DNA of 64,000 nucleotides, taken from Callorhinchus milii (Eukaryota). Below the pieces are notes generated by a model. That model worked only from the letters and a program-made list of their open reading frames with translations, was not told where the DNA came from and searched no databases. A program made the position numbers and the translations under genes. Location of the stretch: the NCBI RefSeq assembly GCF_018977255.1, contig NW_024704742.1, positions 39,930,001 through 39,994,000 on the forward strand, read 5' to 3'. Each line of letters starts with the position of its first letter. Position 1 is the first letter of the stretch. This document shows, in pieces, positions 52,039-63,284 of the stretch.

Positions 52039-52044
52039 TTTATT
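52039..52044 (-). terminator. RAB28: Candidate distal polyadenylation signal AATAAA
   Basis: TTTATT on the plus strand, ~1 kb past the stop codon. Confidence 0.45.
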
Positions 52045-52549
52045 TTGTATTTATGTTCCACTTAATACACCCTGATAGCTCCTTGGTGTCAGTGTTATTG
52101 AAGGAAATCATTTAAAATGCTTAGTATATTTTTCATTATTATTTTATGAAAAAATATGTACTGTGCTTAAAAAACAATCAATATGGATAGTGCTGTTTGG
52201 AATGTAGAATCGTGCAAATTAGTATTAATAACAAGACCAGTATCCATTTTCGTGTTGAATTGTAATCTTACAAAACAATGAAATACCTTAGTGACTTTAC
52301 ACAACTGACAGTTTAGCTGAAAACATATTTAGTACAAATGTATTCAGGTCTGAATAGATGTAAAATTGATAAGTGTACAGTATTTGTTATTTGGGATCAT
52401 AACTGAACTACTCCCTAAGTCATGACAGCACTGTTGGCAGAGACTGCTCTTAAAACAGTGAACATACACAGACACAATCAAAAGGATTACATAACAATAA
52501 AAGGAAAACAAAATGGGAAAGGAAACCAAACATGAAAGGACTACATTCC

Positions 52550-52555
52550 TTTAAT
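52550..52555 (-). terminator. RAB28: Candidate proximal polyadenylation signal ATTAAA
   Basis: Followed ~20 nt later on the minus strand by CA and a U/GU-rich tract (TGTTTGGTTTCCTTTCCCATTTTGTTTT). Confidence 0.5.
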
Positions 52556-53057
52556 ACGATTCAAATATTAATCTGCTATAAAGCCCAGGTCTCCTGCATT
52601 TAAAAAAAAATCAACAATGTGTTTTAAAAAGTCATTAGATTTCAAATCTACAAAAATTTACATTTTGGTATTCGAAGTGAACTTTCAATTAACATATACA
52701 GATTTCTATAAAGGCTGAAAATACGTTAAAACGCATGGCTACACAGATTAGATTTTTAATAGTTAAGTATTGGTCCGATACAGTTATACTGTCATTTGAA
52801 AAAAAAAGTGACAAGCATCTTTATGAGACTCTGGATTCTGAAAATTATACTTAAATGTGTGGTTGAATATCTCTTGGTGTCTCTACGGTCGACAGTGGCT
52901 GCCTTGTGTTTCTCAGCATACTGTAGTGCAGCCAGTCTGTGAAGCCTTTTACTGTGTTGTAGAGGTGATTGCTGTCAAAACGAGGTTGCTTGGAAAGAAT
53001 GGGCCTGTGTGAAAGAAGCAGGACTGCCAAATGTACTAATATGGGGATGTGGCGGGA

Positions 53058-53150
53058 TCACTGAACTGCACACATTGAACTTCTAGGAGGGTTCACAGTT
53101 CTCGCCACAGGCTCCTGGCTGTAGTTCACAATATCTGCCTTCACTACTTG
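53058..53150 (-). CDS. RAB28: RAB28 terminal coding exon (RAB28S-type C-terminus)
   Basis: After the acceptor TCTCTTTCTCTTTTTATGTGACAG it translates [30 protein letters not shown], closely matching the human RAB28 C-terminus as I recall it ([30 protein letters not shown]). CaaX motif CAVQ. Too short for the ORF track. Confidence 0.96.
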   Translation of the reverse strand, partial: QVVKADIVNYSQEPVARTVNPPRSSMCAVQ

Positions 53151-53661
53151 CTGTCACATAAAAAGAGAAAGAGACACACACAGAGGTATTAATGAATATT
53201 ATACGTTTCTTTTGCATATTTGCCATTAAATAAAAGTATAAATAGGTTTAGTAGGAAAGGTGACAGCTATTCAGAGATTGAGGCATATGTATAAAACTCA
53301 ATTTCAATTAAAGTAGTTTGAATACTAGTAGTTTGGTAAACACCAAGCGTCAATGGAATAAATTAATTTATGCACCACAAAAATAAGTAGAGCAAAATTC
53401 CTATTAAAAGCCTTTTCTTGTAATCATGTTATTTCTTGAGCAAAAAAACAATTACTGTAATGCAACTATGTATCAATCTTAGTGCTTCCATTTTAATACA
53501 GGAAAATAGTTATAAAAGCAGTAATAGTCACCATTATTTTAATACAAGTATGTAATTTTAGAATTTGGAAAAATCTAACAAAGATATCTACTTTTTGTTT
53601 AATACGACATTTTTTTAAAAAAAGCAGGAAGGTTGTTCAAATTTCTCCTGCAGTACCTGAG

Positions 53662-53757
53662 CTACTGCACAGTACACACTTTACTCTGGCAGTGTGTGGA
53701 ACCCTGGGATAGGTTCTCTTCGTGTGGGTAATTTACCAACTCGGCCCTGACAATACG
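53662..53757 (-). CDS. RAB28: RAB28 alternative cassette exon (RAB28L-type C-terminus); full exon 53657-53757
   Basis: Acceptor ...GATTGACAG, translation RIVRAELVNYPHEENLSQGSTHCQSKVCTVQ*, then CTCAG|GTACTG donor. Resembles the recalled human RAB28L tail RIVRAEIVKYPEEENQHTTSTQSRICSVQ. Confidence 0.93.
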   Translation of the reverse strand, partial: RIVRAELVNYPHEENLSQGSTHCQSKVCTVQ

Positions 53758-54443
53758 CTGTCAATCACGTCCAACAGAAAGAAGCATTGAGAGTGAAAGG
53801 GAGATGGAGAGGAAAAACAAAAGAAAAGAACAAATGAGTTAAAATGTTTCATGATAGACATGAATAAGCGATCTTTGCGGATAGCAACAAAATATTTAGG
53901 TGTATGGTTCTAGAGAAACAAATATACAGGACAAGAGATGAGATGAAAGTTAACCCACTCAGCAAATTTTCCTTTTATAAAACCAGTTTAAACTTTTATC
54001 AAAAAGAATCCATGATCGGTTAACTTATGTCCAACAAAGCAAATGATAAGCAACTAAGTAAAATTTTCTGATTAGTCTTATATTTGAATAGAAACATTTA
54101 AAAGCAGAGGCATCAGGTAGGTAGTATGTGATATTCAAATACTGTAAAAGACAAATATAGGTGGGTTGCAATGAGATCATTAAATCTGGAACTAGAAACT
54201 AAATTCTAAGTTTAATAAAGAGAAAGATGAAAACACAAACTGTATTGAAGTATACAGCTTCTCCTGAAGCCACATAAACTGAACCTGTAGAAGTGGGCTT
54301 CCAAAAATGCTACCTGAAAACCCCAATTAAACTGAAGTTGACAAGAGCAACTGATACCTAATATCCTAGATTTCTTCAAAGGCTTTGACGTAAGACTGCA
54401 ATGAAACCATCAATTTTACAGCTATTCAATGACAGTAATAATA

Positions 54444-55005
54444 CATTGGAAGCCGGTTAAGCCGGACACATTGGGGACGGATATTTTGTCCGGTTTAAGA
54501 GGTGTCTGAGGTTAACTGAAATACCATTCCCACCCAGCAGTGGAGACCCGCCGACCCCGTATAATAATATGCAATAACGTTGTTTCACTTGAAGCATTGT
54601 CAACTAACCAGTGAAAATTAAAATACTCAATTCACATAATCCAGTAAAATATATTTACCTTTGTTTGGCTGCAAAATATAGTTCAGTACTTTATGCCCAG
54701 CACAGGGGCGCTGCTTCCTCCCACCCACTGCCATTTCCATTGGACAGGAAGCCGTCAAATTATCGGCAGCGTTGAGGTGATTGACAGCCTGCAGCCACTT
54801 GTGACTGTTTGGGCTCCACTCATTCACAAGTGACCCAGCTGTCAATCAATCACGATTCCCTCCCTTGTGCTTCCCTGCTCCTCCGCCCCCTCATTGATTG
54901 ACAGCCCAACTCCAGACTCTTGTGAATGGCTGGAGTCTGCTCTCAATCGCAATTTGACTCCTCCCATCTACATCCGGGAGGCCCAAGTGAGTGAGAAACC
55001 CGCTA
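54444..55005. mobile_element. pogo/Tigger-like DNA transposon fragment, opposite end to 44644
   Basis: TA-CATTGGAAGCCGGTTAAGCCGGACA terminus is 21/25 identical to 44644-44668. Confidence 0.62.
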
Positions 55006-56220
55006 AAAAGTGACTCCATACATAGGCAAGAATTATCTAATATAATTTGACCTCAGTCAAGACAGTGAGTCTCGCGTTGGTAAATAAAATTAAATGCACG
55101 TGCACAGGTAAAGCAAGCTGCAAATGCAGTGGCTGTTCAATCATTGCTGCACATAATATGATTACACCTGCAGATTGATGCTTTGAGTTCTGGAGGAATG
55201 CAATGCACTATTGACTTTCAGAAAGTATAATCTAGCACTCTTTAATGTCAATTATATATGCCAGCATCTGCTGGAGCTATAACAACAGTACAGGTCAAAG
55301 ACCAGGAAATGGGACTGAATGGATTGCTCTTTCAAAGAGCCAGCACCTACATGGCCTTCCTCTGTGCTGTATATTTCTCTGGTTCTATGCTTCTAAGGCA
55401 ACATATATTCTGTATATATTGCAAGTTTATCTACAGTGTAGCCCCAATCATTAGCAATATACCTCACAATATATCAATACTGGGTCCGAATGTCTTCTTT
55501 CATGCAACTAACATCTGGTTAGGGCATAAGTAATAGGGAATTGATAAATAACATGAGTGGTCAGGGTTAAATTCAGTACTATAAAAGGTAAACATTGAAC
55601 ATTTGATTGGCTGATAAGTGTTCTGTCAATGTTTCAATTGATCACTTTCTCATTATCTTATCTAACAAAGTGAGCTATGATTAACTAAAGCTCCCCTACT
55701 GATGCTATCTTGGAAAAGGTCATTGACTCCCATGTAAGGCCTTAAACTGAGTAGTTTTCAATAGCCTTATCTAATCTCAAAGCTCCTGGCCTCTCTATCC
55801 AGCACTCCAGGCAACCAACACACAATTAACGCCTAAAAGGTTTGTTTAAATTGGAAAGTCCAAACAGAACTTGCTGGTGAATAATAAAGGCTGGCAATCA
55901 TTCTTTCAGCTTTTACTGATACTGGATAATTTATTGGAGTCAATCACTCCAAATTGCTTACCAACAGGTACTAATCACATTAACATAAGCACGGCATCCA
56001 TCTGAATTTTACTTACTTTCCTCAAACATGCTGCCAAGTTGAAATTCAAACCAATACTATTCACATCTGTCTCACAATGGCTAGGAGATCTAAACCCCAT
56101 AATATCAAGTTGGACTAACAACACTCAGCTTTCAATCATCTGCTCCAGCATAGAATGAGAGGGATCAAATAGATTTCAGCTCAATATCTGTATCAATGTA
56201 TTTGTTTCGTAAGGCTTAGT

Positions 56221-56633
56221 TCCTCATCCTCACCTACAAGGCCATTCACGGCCTTGCTCCCTCCTACCTCTCCGACCTACTATCCCCCGACTTACCCGCC
56301 CGTACCCTCCGTTCCTCTGGCTCCGGTCTGCTCCACATCCCCCGTCCTAACATCGATGGCCTTCAGTCTCCCAGCTCCTAGGCTCTGGAACTCCATTCCC
56401 CAGTGCCTTCGCCTTACTTCCTCCCTTTCCTCCTTCAAGGCCGGTCTCAAGATCTTTCTCTTCGACTGTGCCTTCAGCTCCCCTCTTGACTCTCTACCCC
56501 CTCCTCGCTCCCTCCCTTCCCTCCCCTCACCCTGACCTTTTCCCCCCTGCTTGGGTCCCGACCCAACTGTCCAGCGCCTTGGGACGTCCTCCCGACGTGA
56601 AAGGCGCTCTATAAATGAAATCTTGTTGTTGTT
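56221..56633 (+). mobile_element. L2 3' end, young subfamily
   Basis: LILTYKAIHGLAPSYLSDLL...FKAGLKIFLF and a (TTG)n tail. Confidence 0.92.
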
Positions 56634-57091
56634 CTTCACATTCATCCCATTTGTTGAAAAGAAGCACAATGTTGTGAAATAGTAGCAAAACTATTTCCTA
56701 TTGGTACGTAATGTGATGCTTCACCATGAGTTGCCACCATGCTATCAGGTGAATTTCAGTAGAGAGCCAATTATACACAATAAATGGACTGATCCCCTTG
56801 TAGACAAGCAAACAGTGGGAATAATTGGTTAGCATGCTAAATACAAATTGATTACAGTGCTAAAATCAAGCCTACTCGCTTTCTGCATGTTACAAAGCAT
56901 TAAAATGGCCAATTTCCAGATCGTTAGGTCACCATCACTTCCTGCTTTGCTGCACAAGCAGGCTTAATAGGAGCCGAGTAAGAAGAATTCCTGCCCAACC
57001 CTTCAAGTCCCGCCGATGAGCCAGGCTGCCTAATCTGTCATCAATGGTACCTTGGGGGTATCGCCTGGTTCAGGAACTGGACAACCGAGAT

Positions 57092-58098
57092 CAACAACAA
57101 CAACAACAAGATTCCATTTATAGAGCGCTGTTCACGTCAGGAGGACGTCCCAAGGCGCTGCACAGTTGGGTCAGGACCCGAACAGGGGGAAATGGTCAGG
57201 GTGAGGGGAGGGAGCGAGGAGGGGGGAAAATGGTGAGGGGAGGGAAGGGAGGGAGCGAGGAGGGGGGAAATGGTCAGGGTGAGGGGAGGGAAGGGAGGGA
57301 GCGAGGAGAGGGAAGAGAGTCGAGAGGGGAGCTGAAGGCTCGGTCAAAGAGAAAGGTTTTGAGACCGGCCTTGAAGGAGGAAAGGGAGGAGGCGGCGAAG
57401 GCACTGGGGGATGGAGTTCCAGAGCCTCGGGGCTGAGAGACTGAACGCCCGACCACCGATGGTAGGGCGATTGGGGCGGGGGACGTGGAGCAGACCGGAG
57501 CCGGAGGAACGGAGGGTACGGGCAGGTAGGTAGGGGATAGTAGGTCAGAGAGGTAGGAGGGAGCAAGGCCGTGGATGGCCTTGTAGGTGAGGATGAGGAT
57601 CTTGAAATCAATCCTCTGGGGGATGGGGAGCCAGTGGAGGCAAGCGAGGGTGGGAGTGATGTGGTCCCGAAGCCTGGTGCGGGACAGTACACGAGCTGCA
57701 GAGTTCTGAATGACCTGCAGCTTGTGGAGGGAGGTGGCGGGAAGGCCGGCGAGGAGAGAGTTCCCATAGTCCAGCCTTGAGGTGACGAAGGCGTGGACCA
57801 GGGTTTCAGCAGCGTGAGGGGTGAGGTAGTGCCGTAGTCTGGCGATGTTCCGGAGGTGATGGAAGGCGGTGCCAGTTGTGGTGCGGTTGTGAGGGAGAAA
57901 GGACAGCTCAGGGTCGAACAAAACGCCGAGGTTCCTGACTGGCTTTGAGAGGTGGAGAGTGCAGCCTTGGATGCTGATGCTGTCAGTGCCTGAGGTGCGG
58001 AGGCGCTGACGCGAGCCAATCAAGAGGGCCTCGGTTTTTCGCACGTTGAGCTTAAGAAAGTTGTCTCTCGTCCAAGACTCGATGTCAGACATCACCAC
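57092..58098 (-). mobile_element. L2 LINE, 5'-truncated, youngest-looking copy in the window
   Basis: Uninterrupted 274-aa ORF 57274-58098 (FLKLNVRKTEALLIGS...HAFVTSRLDYGNSLL...HWLPIPQRIDFKILILTYKA), CpG-rich, (TTG)n tail. Confidence 0.95.
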
Positions 58099-59444
58099 AG
58101 AGGGTTGATTTGATTTGATTCCGACATTCCATTGCTAAGTACATCACATTGGCTTCAGCTCAATTCCAACTGTTCAAAGAAAACTCAATTTATATAATAT
58201 TTTACAAATCAGTTTTACGAAATGCAAACACTTAGTAATAATATGAATTATGTTATACTTGAGAATGCCAACATCAGTTGGAATATTGTCTTTTCACCCA
58301 TGAGACCTGGACTTAGAACCACATTACATCATGTCTGTGCTGACTCTTTAAAAAAACACTCATGGTGATGGGTTTCTGTATGTGTCAGACTCAGCTCTGC
58401 CATCACTATAAATAGGTTAAGTGTTCCAACGTATTGTGCTATGAAATGACAGAATATGGTTCTCCACCATTGATTTTCATCATGACAAGCTCCTAAAATG
58501 GACTATGCCACTAGGAAAGATGCTCAGCAGCATAAATCAAGGCGTGCACTCAAGGCTGTTCTTGTGCATCTCAAAGAAGCCAATTCAATTTCAGACTCTG
58601 GGAACAGTTCTTCTGCCCACCCACCTAGTTGAAATGCGCTGGAAGAGACATAGGATCAAGAATACATTGAATGCTATAAGAAAGAAAAAAAATAACCACA
58701 CAATTATTAGTGCACAAAATACATCAGCACTTTTAAGTAACATGAATTCCACTGAAAAAGTAACATTATAAGTAAATGAGGTAAGCAATCAATCACTCAA
58801 ACTTTAGGTGCTGAATCGACCATTTCATTCTAGTACTCCTACTTATAAGTGTAAAAGGGTCAAACTAAATGAAGATACACTGTATTCTTTGGCCCACTCC
58901 CATACCTTGTTTAGCCTATATGTCTCCACCATCACTAGCCTAGAAAAAGACAAATGGCCTTTTAGGAAGCTACAAAACCTTATCACTAAAGTCCCAAACT
59001 TTCTGAAAGAAAGGGCTTGCAAGCAAATTCTTGTCATACTTAAACCTCCAACCCCAAGAAGGAGTGATCAGAGTTTTCCTGCTGTGAATTGAAACTACAT
59101 TTTCATGAAATAATTTCTATTTATCACTATTCAATGCAGTTTTATTTTCCGTCTCATGTGCAAAACATAGGAATGCACCCTCGTAATTTAATTTTTTTTA
59201 TTTTCTATAGACAAATGATTAATGCTCTGGTATTACTTGTTGCCAATAATCTAATATGACTGATACTGTAAAACAAGATCATCACAGAGCACTGGTGTCA
59301 TCATATGGCCGTTCCATACATTTGGTTAAGAAACCACAATGAATTTCCTCCATTCCCTTTTTTATCTTGAAATATGATTCAAGCTAAAGTATCATTCACC
59401 AGAAACCTTCCCATCACATTGTTCAAATAGACATTTTTTCATAT

Positions 59445-59560
59445 AAGAGTCTGGACAGTGAGTGTCAGCAGATTACTTATCCATAAAAGGCATAAAAATT
59501 AATCTTTTCTGTCCTCACTTGACATTCCACATACACACATATAGAGGCTACTGGACAATA
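59445..59560 (-). repeat. Fragment of the same old repeat as 34295-34572
   Basis: GACAGTGAGTGTCAGCAGATT...TGTCCTCAC...CCACATACACAC is the reverse complement of the 34455-34555 pattern. Confidence 0.5.
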
Positions 59561-59895
59561 ATGTCTTCTTAACACAAAGCACTGAGACAGATTGAAGGAC
59601 GGTGTCAACTAGAGGTAACTAAGGCAGGATGTCAAATTCCTGGCTTATATCACTGAATATCAGCCAGCAATCCCATCACAATTGCTTTTCCTCCAGATTT
59701 CCTTCAGTGCTAAGTGATGTTGCTAAATTTCTTGTAGCTGATGTAATGACCTGACAGTAATGCAGTGGCTCCCTGACGTGACAAGATGTGGGAGACCAGC
59801 TCCACATGAGCTGAAAAAAACATGAAGCACATTTTCTTCAAGATATTTACTCTGTGGGAGTACTTTATACTGAAATAGTCATTGAATTCTGTATA

Positions 59896-61606
59896 TGTTA
59901 CAGTAAAGCTGTGAAACCAGGAATTTTGCAAAATCCCTGAAATTTTCAGTGAAGTTGTGACACCATGAAATCACTGAAATTAGGAGTTAGGGATTTTATG
60001 AAAAAGTGATAATTTCATCATATTGATAACCTTGCCTTGACACTTGTTGCCACGATTAAAAAATGAACACATTATGAAAATTAATATTCTATTCACCATA
60101 AGCTTCACGTGACATTTCATTCACTGATGAGTAAAATGTTCATTGTTAACACAAACGAGGCTTCCATGACACGGGGAGTTACATTTTAGCTTTGCTTTGA
60201 AGCATTTACAATGGTTGGTTTGACATTTCTTCTGACCGCAGTTACACTTTATAAAGCCTTGTCCACCACAAACAGACTGTACAATGACAATTTGACGGAG
60301 TGACATTGACTTCTCCTGGTTAAGGTTTAGAGTACAAGAGTAGGGAAGTCTTGCTGCAACTGTATAGGGCCCTGGTGAGACCACACCTAGAGTATTGTGT
60401 GCAGTTTTGGTCTCCTTATTTAAAAAAGGACATACTTGCCCTAGAGGGGGTGCAGCGTAGATTCACTCGGTTAGTTCCTGAGATGAGGCGACTGACCTAT
60501 GAAGATAGGCTGGATAAACTAGGGCTGTATTCTCTAGAGTACAGAAGAATTAGGGGAGATCTTATTGAAACATATAAGATTCTTAAAGGGCTGATAAAGT
60601 AGACACTGAGGATCTGTTTCCCCTGGTAGGAGAATCTATAACCAGGGGTCACAGTCTTAAAATTAATGGTCAGCCTTTTAGAACAGAGTTGAGGAAACAT
60701 TTCTTCACTCAGCCAGAAGGCTGTAGATGCTCAGTCCTTGAACATCTTCAAGGCTGAGACTGATAGATTTTTAAAAAAAGAGGGATTAGGGGATATGGGG
60801 ATAGGGCAGGTAATTAAATTTAGGTCTGAAGATCAGCCATGATCTTATCGAACGGTGGGGCAGGCTCGAGGGGCCGAATGGCCTAGTCCTGCTCCTAATT
60901 CTTATGTTCTTATATTCTTAACGTAGGTTTCTGTTAACAATCATTGTGGGCAGAAATCAAATTGGTTCCTGAATATCGGCCTTCACTGCTATCTTGCACT
61001 GGTCAGTGTCTATATCTCTATTAATGGTAACACCAAGGATGTTCCTGGGATCTCCTCTACTCCTGTCCACTACTGGGATGGGGACAGCCACTTTGTCTCC
61101 AGGTGTAACAGCTTGATGATCCAGCCGACTCTGCAGCTCCATCCTCTCTTGCCTGTGCTACTTGTGCTATATGTGCAGCAGCACTCTGCTTTCTGAGCTG
61201 ATGAAATTCATGCGATCTTCCAGGGCATGTGAAATAGTATTCTGAACAAGAGGACCACTGGACATCTCTATTGTAGTAGACATGGAGATAACGGGGTTAA
61301 GCTGTGGTGGATCTGTGGCACTGGATACTGGAGAAACAGATGCACTGGTAGTGGGTGCCTCAATGACCTCGATTAGACTGGGTTGTCCTGCAGAAATGTC
61401 AGCTGACAAAATGGGTGGGTTCGGCAGTGTGTGCAGCCCCATCTCTGTAACTGAGTGGTGGGATCAAAGCTTCTTTGGGGGAGTTACTTGAGGTGGAGTC
61501 GTTGTCAGCTGAAAACTTCTAATTTCAGTGATATCACCTTTTCACAATTTTACTGAAAATTTCAGGGATTTCACATAATCCCTGGTTTCACAACTTTACA
61601 ATAACA
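59896..61606 (-). mobile_element. Ginger-type (Ginger2/TDD, KRBA2/SCAND3-like) DNA transposon, internally deleted
   Basis: 93-bp TIRs starting TGTTA (59896-59988 and 61514-61606, 78/93 identical by hand count), TATA on both flanks, transposase C-terminal remnants GDKVAVPIPVVDRSRGDPRNILGV, RNQFDFC and GGQGFIKCNC...CKC...CNSPCH. Confidence 0.85.
60324..60917 (+). mobile_element. CR1 3' fragment inserted in the Ginger element
   Basis: [40 protein letters not shown]; tail TTCTTATGTTCTTAT; TTAA on both sides (60320-60323 and 60918-60921). Confidence 0.93.
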
Positions 61607-61878
61607 TATATAAGGTAACTAAAATGTGGAGGCCATTTCTCAAGTTAATCAGTCCTTCAGTAAAAGAAAACACCATCACTGATGCAACAAGAAACCAAGC
61701 TCAATTTAATTAAATAGCAGTGCAATTCTTTAGTTAGCAATGTGCTCCAATTTTTTTTTAAAATTGCAACAGATGATTAGCACGTAATATATCGCACAAT
61801 TTAGATTTATTTGGGAATTTCTTTAGAATTGGCTCCCATTTTTAAAACTGCTCTCCATGAGAACAGACCCAAGTTACT

Positions 61879-62702
61879 TGAGAGGACAACTCCTGAATGT
61901 TATTGCCTTATCATAGATGTCAACTTTAGTAATTGTATTTTTTTAAATATTAGAAAAGCAATTTTCTTCAAAAGGTGAACTTTTTTGAGCAGCTCTGTAA
62001 CAGTAAGGGTTACATTAATAATGTCTTGTCATACTTGACCTTGGACAGTTAGTCACAAGAGATTTAGAGATTTTGGATCTAATGAACTGAATGAGGTTAA
62101 TAGTGACTGAATCAATCACTGGGTAAAGACTGGACAGAATTATAATCCAATCCATTTAGAATTACTTGAGTTCTCTCATCTCTACATCAAGAAGCAATTA
62201 CTTCAGATATAGAGGGTCAATTATTTCTAGTTAAAAATAGTGATTGTTTTCAACAAAAACAGAATTTGACTACAGGTGCTTCTCTTGTTTGCAGACATTT
62301 TTTCAACATTGAAAACTGGTTCTACACCGTTCCTGTTTCTGCTATTGTTACATGGTAATCCCTTGGGTAATGTTTACCTTGCTACAGGAATGCTAATGAT
62401 ATTGGAGGCACAGACTTCTACAATGTCTAATTGCATGTTCCAGTCAGGGTTTACTTTATTTGGAGCCACTCTAGCAACAGTGGGTGAACATGCACTCAGC
62501 TTCATCCCACACAATCAGGCTCTCCACTTCCACAAAGGGTCAATGCCCTAATGAAAATATTTCTCTTAACTTTTTAAACTTATGTCCCAGTTTGTTGAAA
62601 AGAGTAACAAAGTGAAGAGGAATTTTCTTTCTGTCATAGGTCATAAATCAAGACTCATTTCGGCTTCTGATAAAGCAATAACATTCAGGAGTTGTCCTCT
62701 CA
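61879..62702. repeat. Segment bounded by 35-bp inverted repeats (34/35 identical)
   Basis: TGAGAGGACAACTCCTGAATGTTATTGCCTTATCA (61879-61913) versus TGATAAAGCAATAACATTCAGGAGTTGTCCTCTCA (62668-62702). Confidence 0.9.
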
Positions 62703-62939
62703 GATTTGTGCTGCTGTTGGATATGTTGCACACACTTTAGAATGACTCTGGTAACTACTGCCCTTGCTTACATGAATATACAGCATAACTCACGAGATAA
62801 CCTTAAAGTTTCCAATAATATTCACGGCAAAATTTTCGGTTACTTTTGGAGTTAAACTTTCCTACCTCAGTAAGATCTGAACAAACTATTACCAGAAAAT
62901 AAAAAAACCAAAGTCACCTTTATTTTAGAGTTAATACAT

Positions 62940-63250
62940 TTATAATCCTTGCATTTGATATAGCGCTTTTTCACGTCTTCTCGACGTCTCAAAGCGCTTC
63001 ACAGAATAGACTAAAGTAAATTGACTGTATATTTGTGGGCGAAACGCGGCAGCCAATTGCGCACAGCAGTGTCCCACAAACAGTCGTGGATTGAAAATGA
63101 CCAATTTTTTTTTGTTTTTGTTTTTGGAGGGATTAGTATTAGCTATGTGGATTAAGGAAATTTGCCCAAGGTTTCGCTCTGCCTGGAATTGAACCCAGGT
63201 GTCTCGCTTGCAAGGCAAGTGCTCTAACCACTGAGCTACAGGACTCCACA
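62940..63250 (-). mobile_element. tRNA-headed SINE, short subfamily, full length
   Basis: Near-identical to 9682-10018. Confidence 0.92.
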
Positions 63251-63284
63251 TTCAAGAAGACAGTAAATAATTGCCGGTCTCCAT

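Larger units (their letters stand above)
52020..53057 (-). other. RAB28: RAB28 3' UTR; extent inferred from polyadenylation signals
   Basis: Repeat-free AT-rich sequence after the TGA; minus-strand ATTAAA at 52550-52555 and AATAAA at 52039-52044. Confidence 0.55.

Noticed and set aside
57171..58098. Longest ORFs in the track (274 and 282 aa)
   Set aside because: One is the L2 ORF2 C-terminus of a truncated insertion and the other is its overlapping GC-rich alternative frame; neither is a host gene.
60121..60384. Cys-rich ORF as a host zinc-finger or CXC gene exon
   Set aside because: It lies between TIRs, is chimeric with antisense CR1 sequence, and the upstream frame has a stop and a frameshift; it is a transposase remnant.
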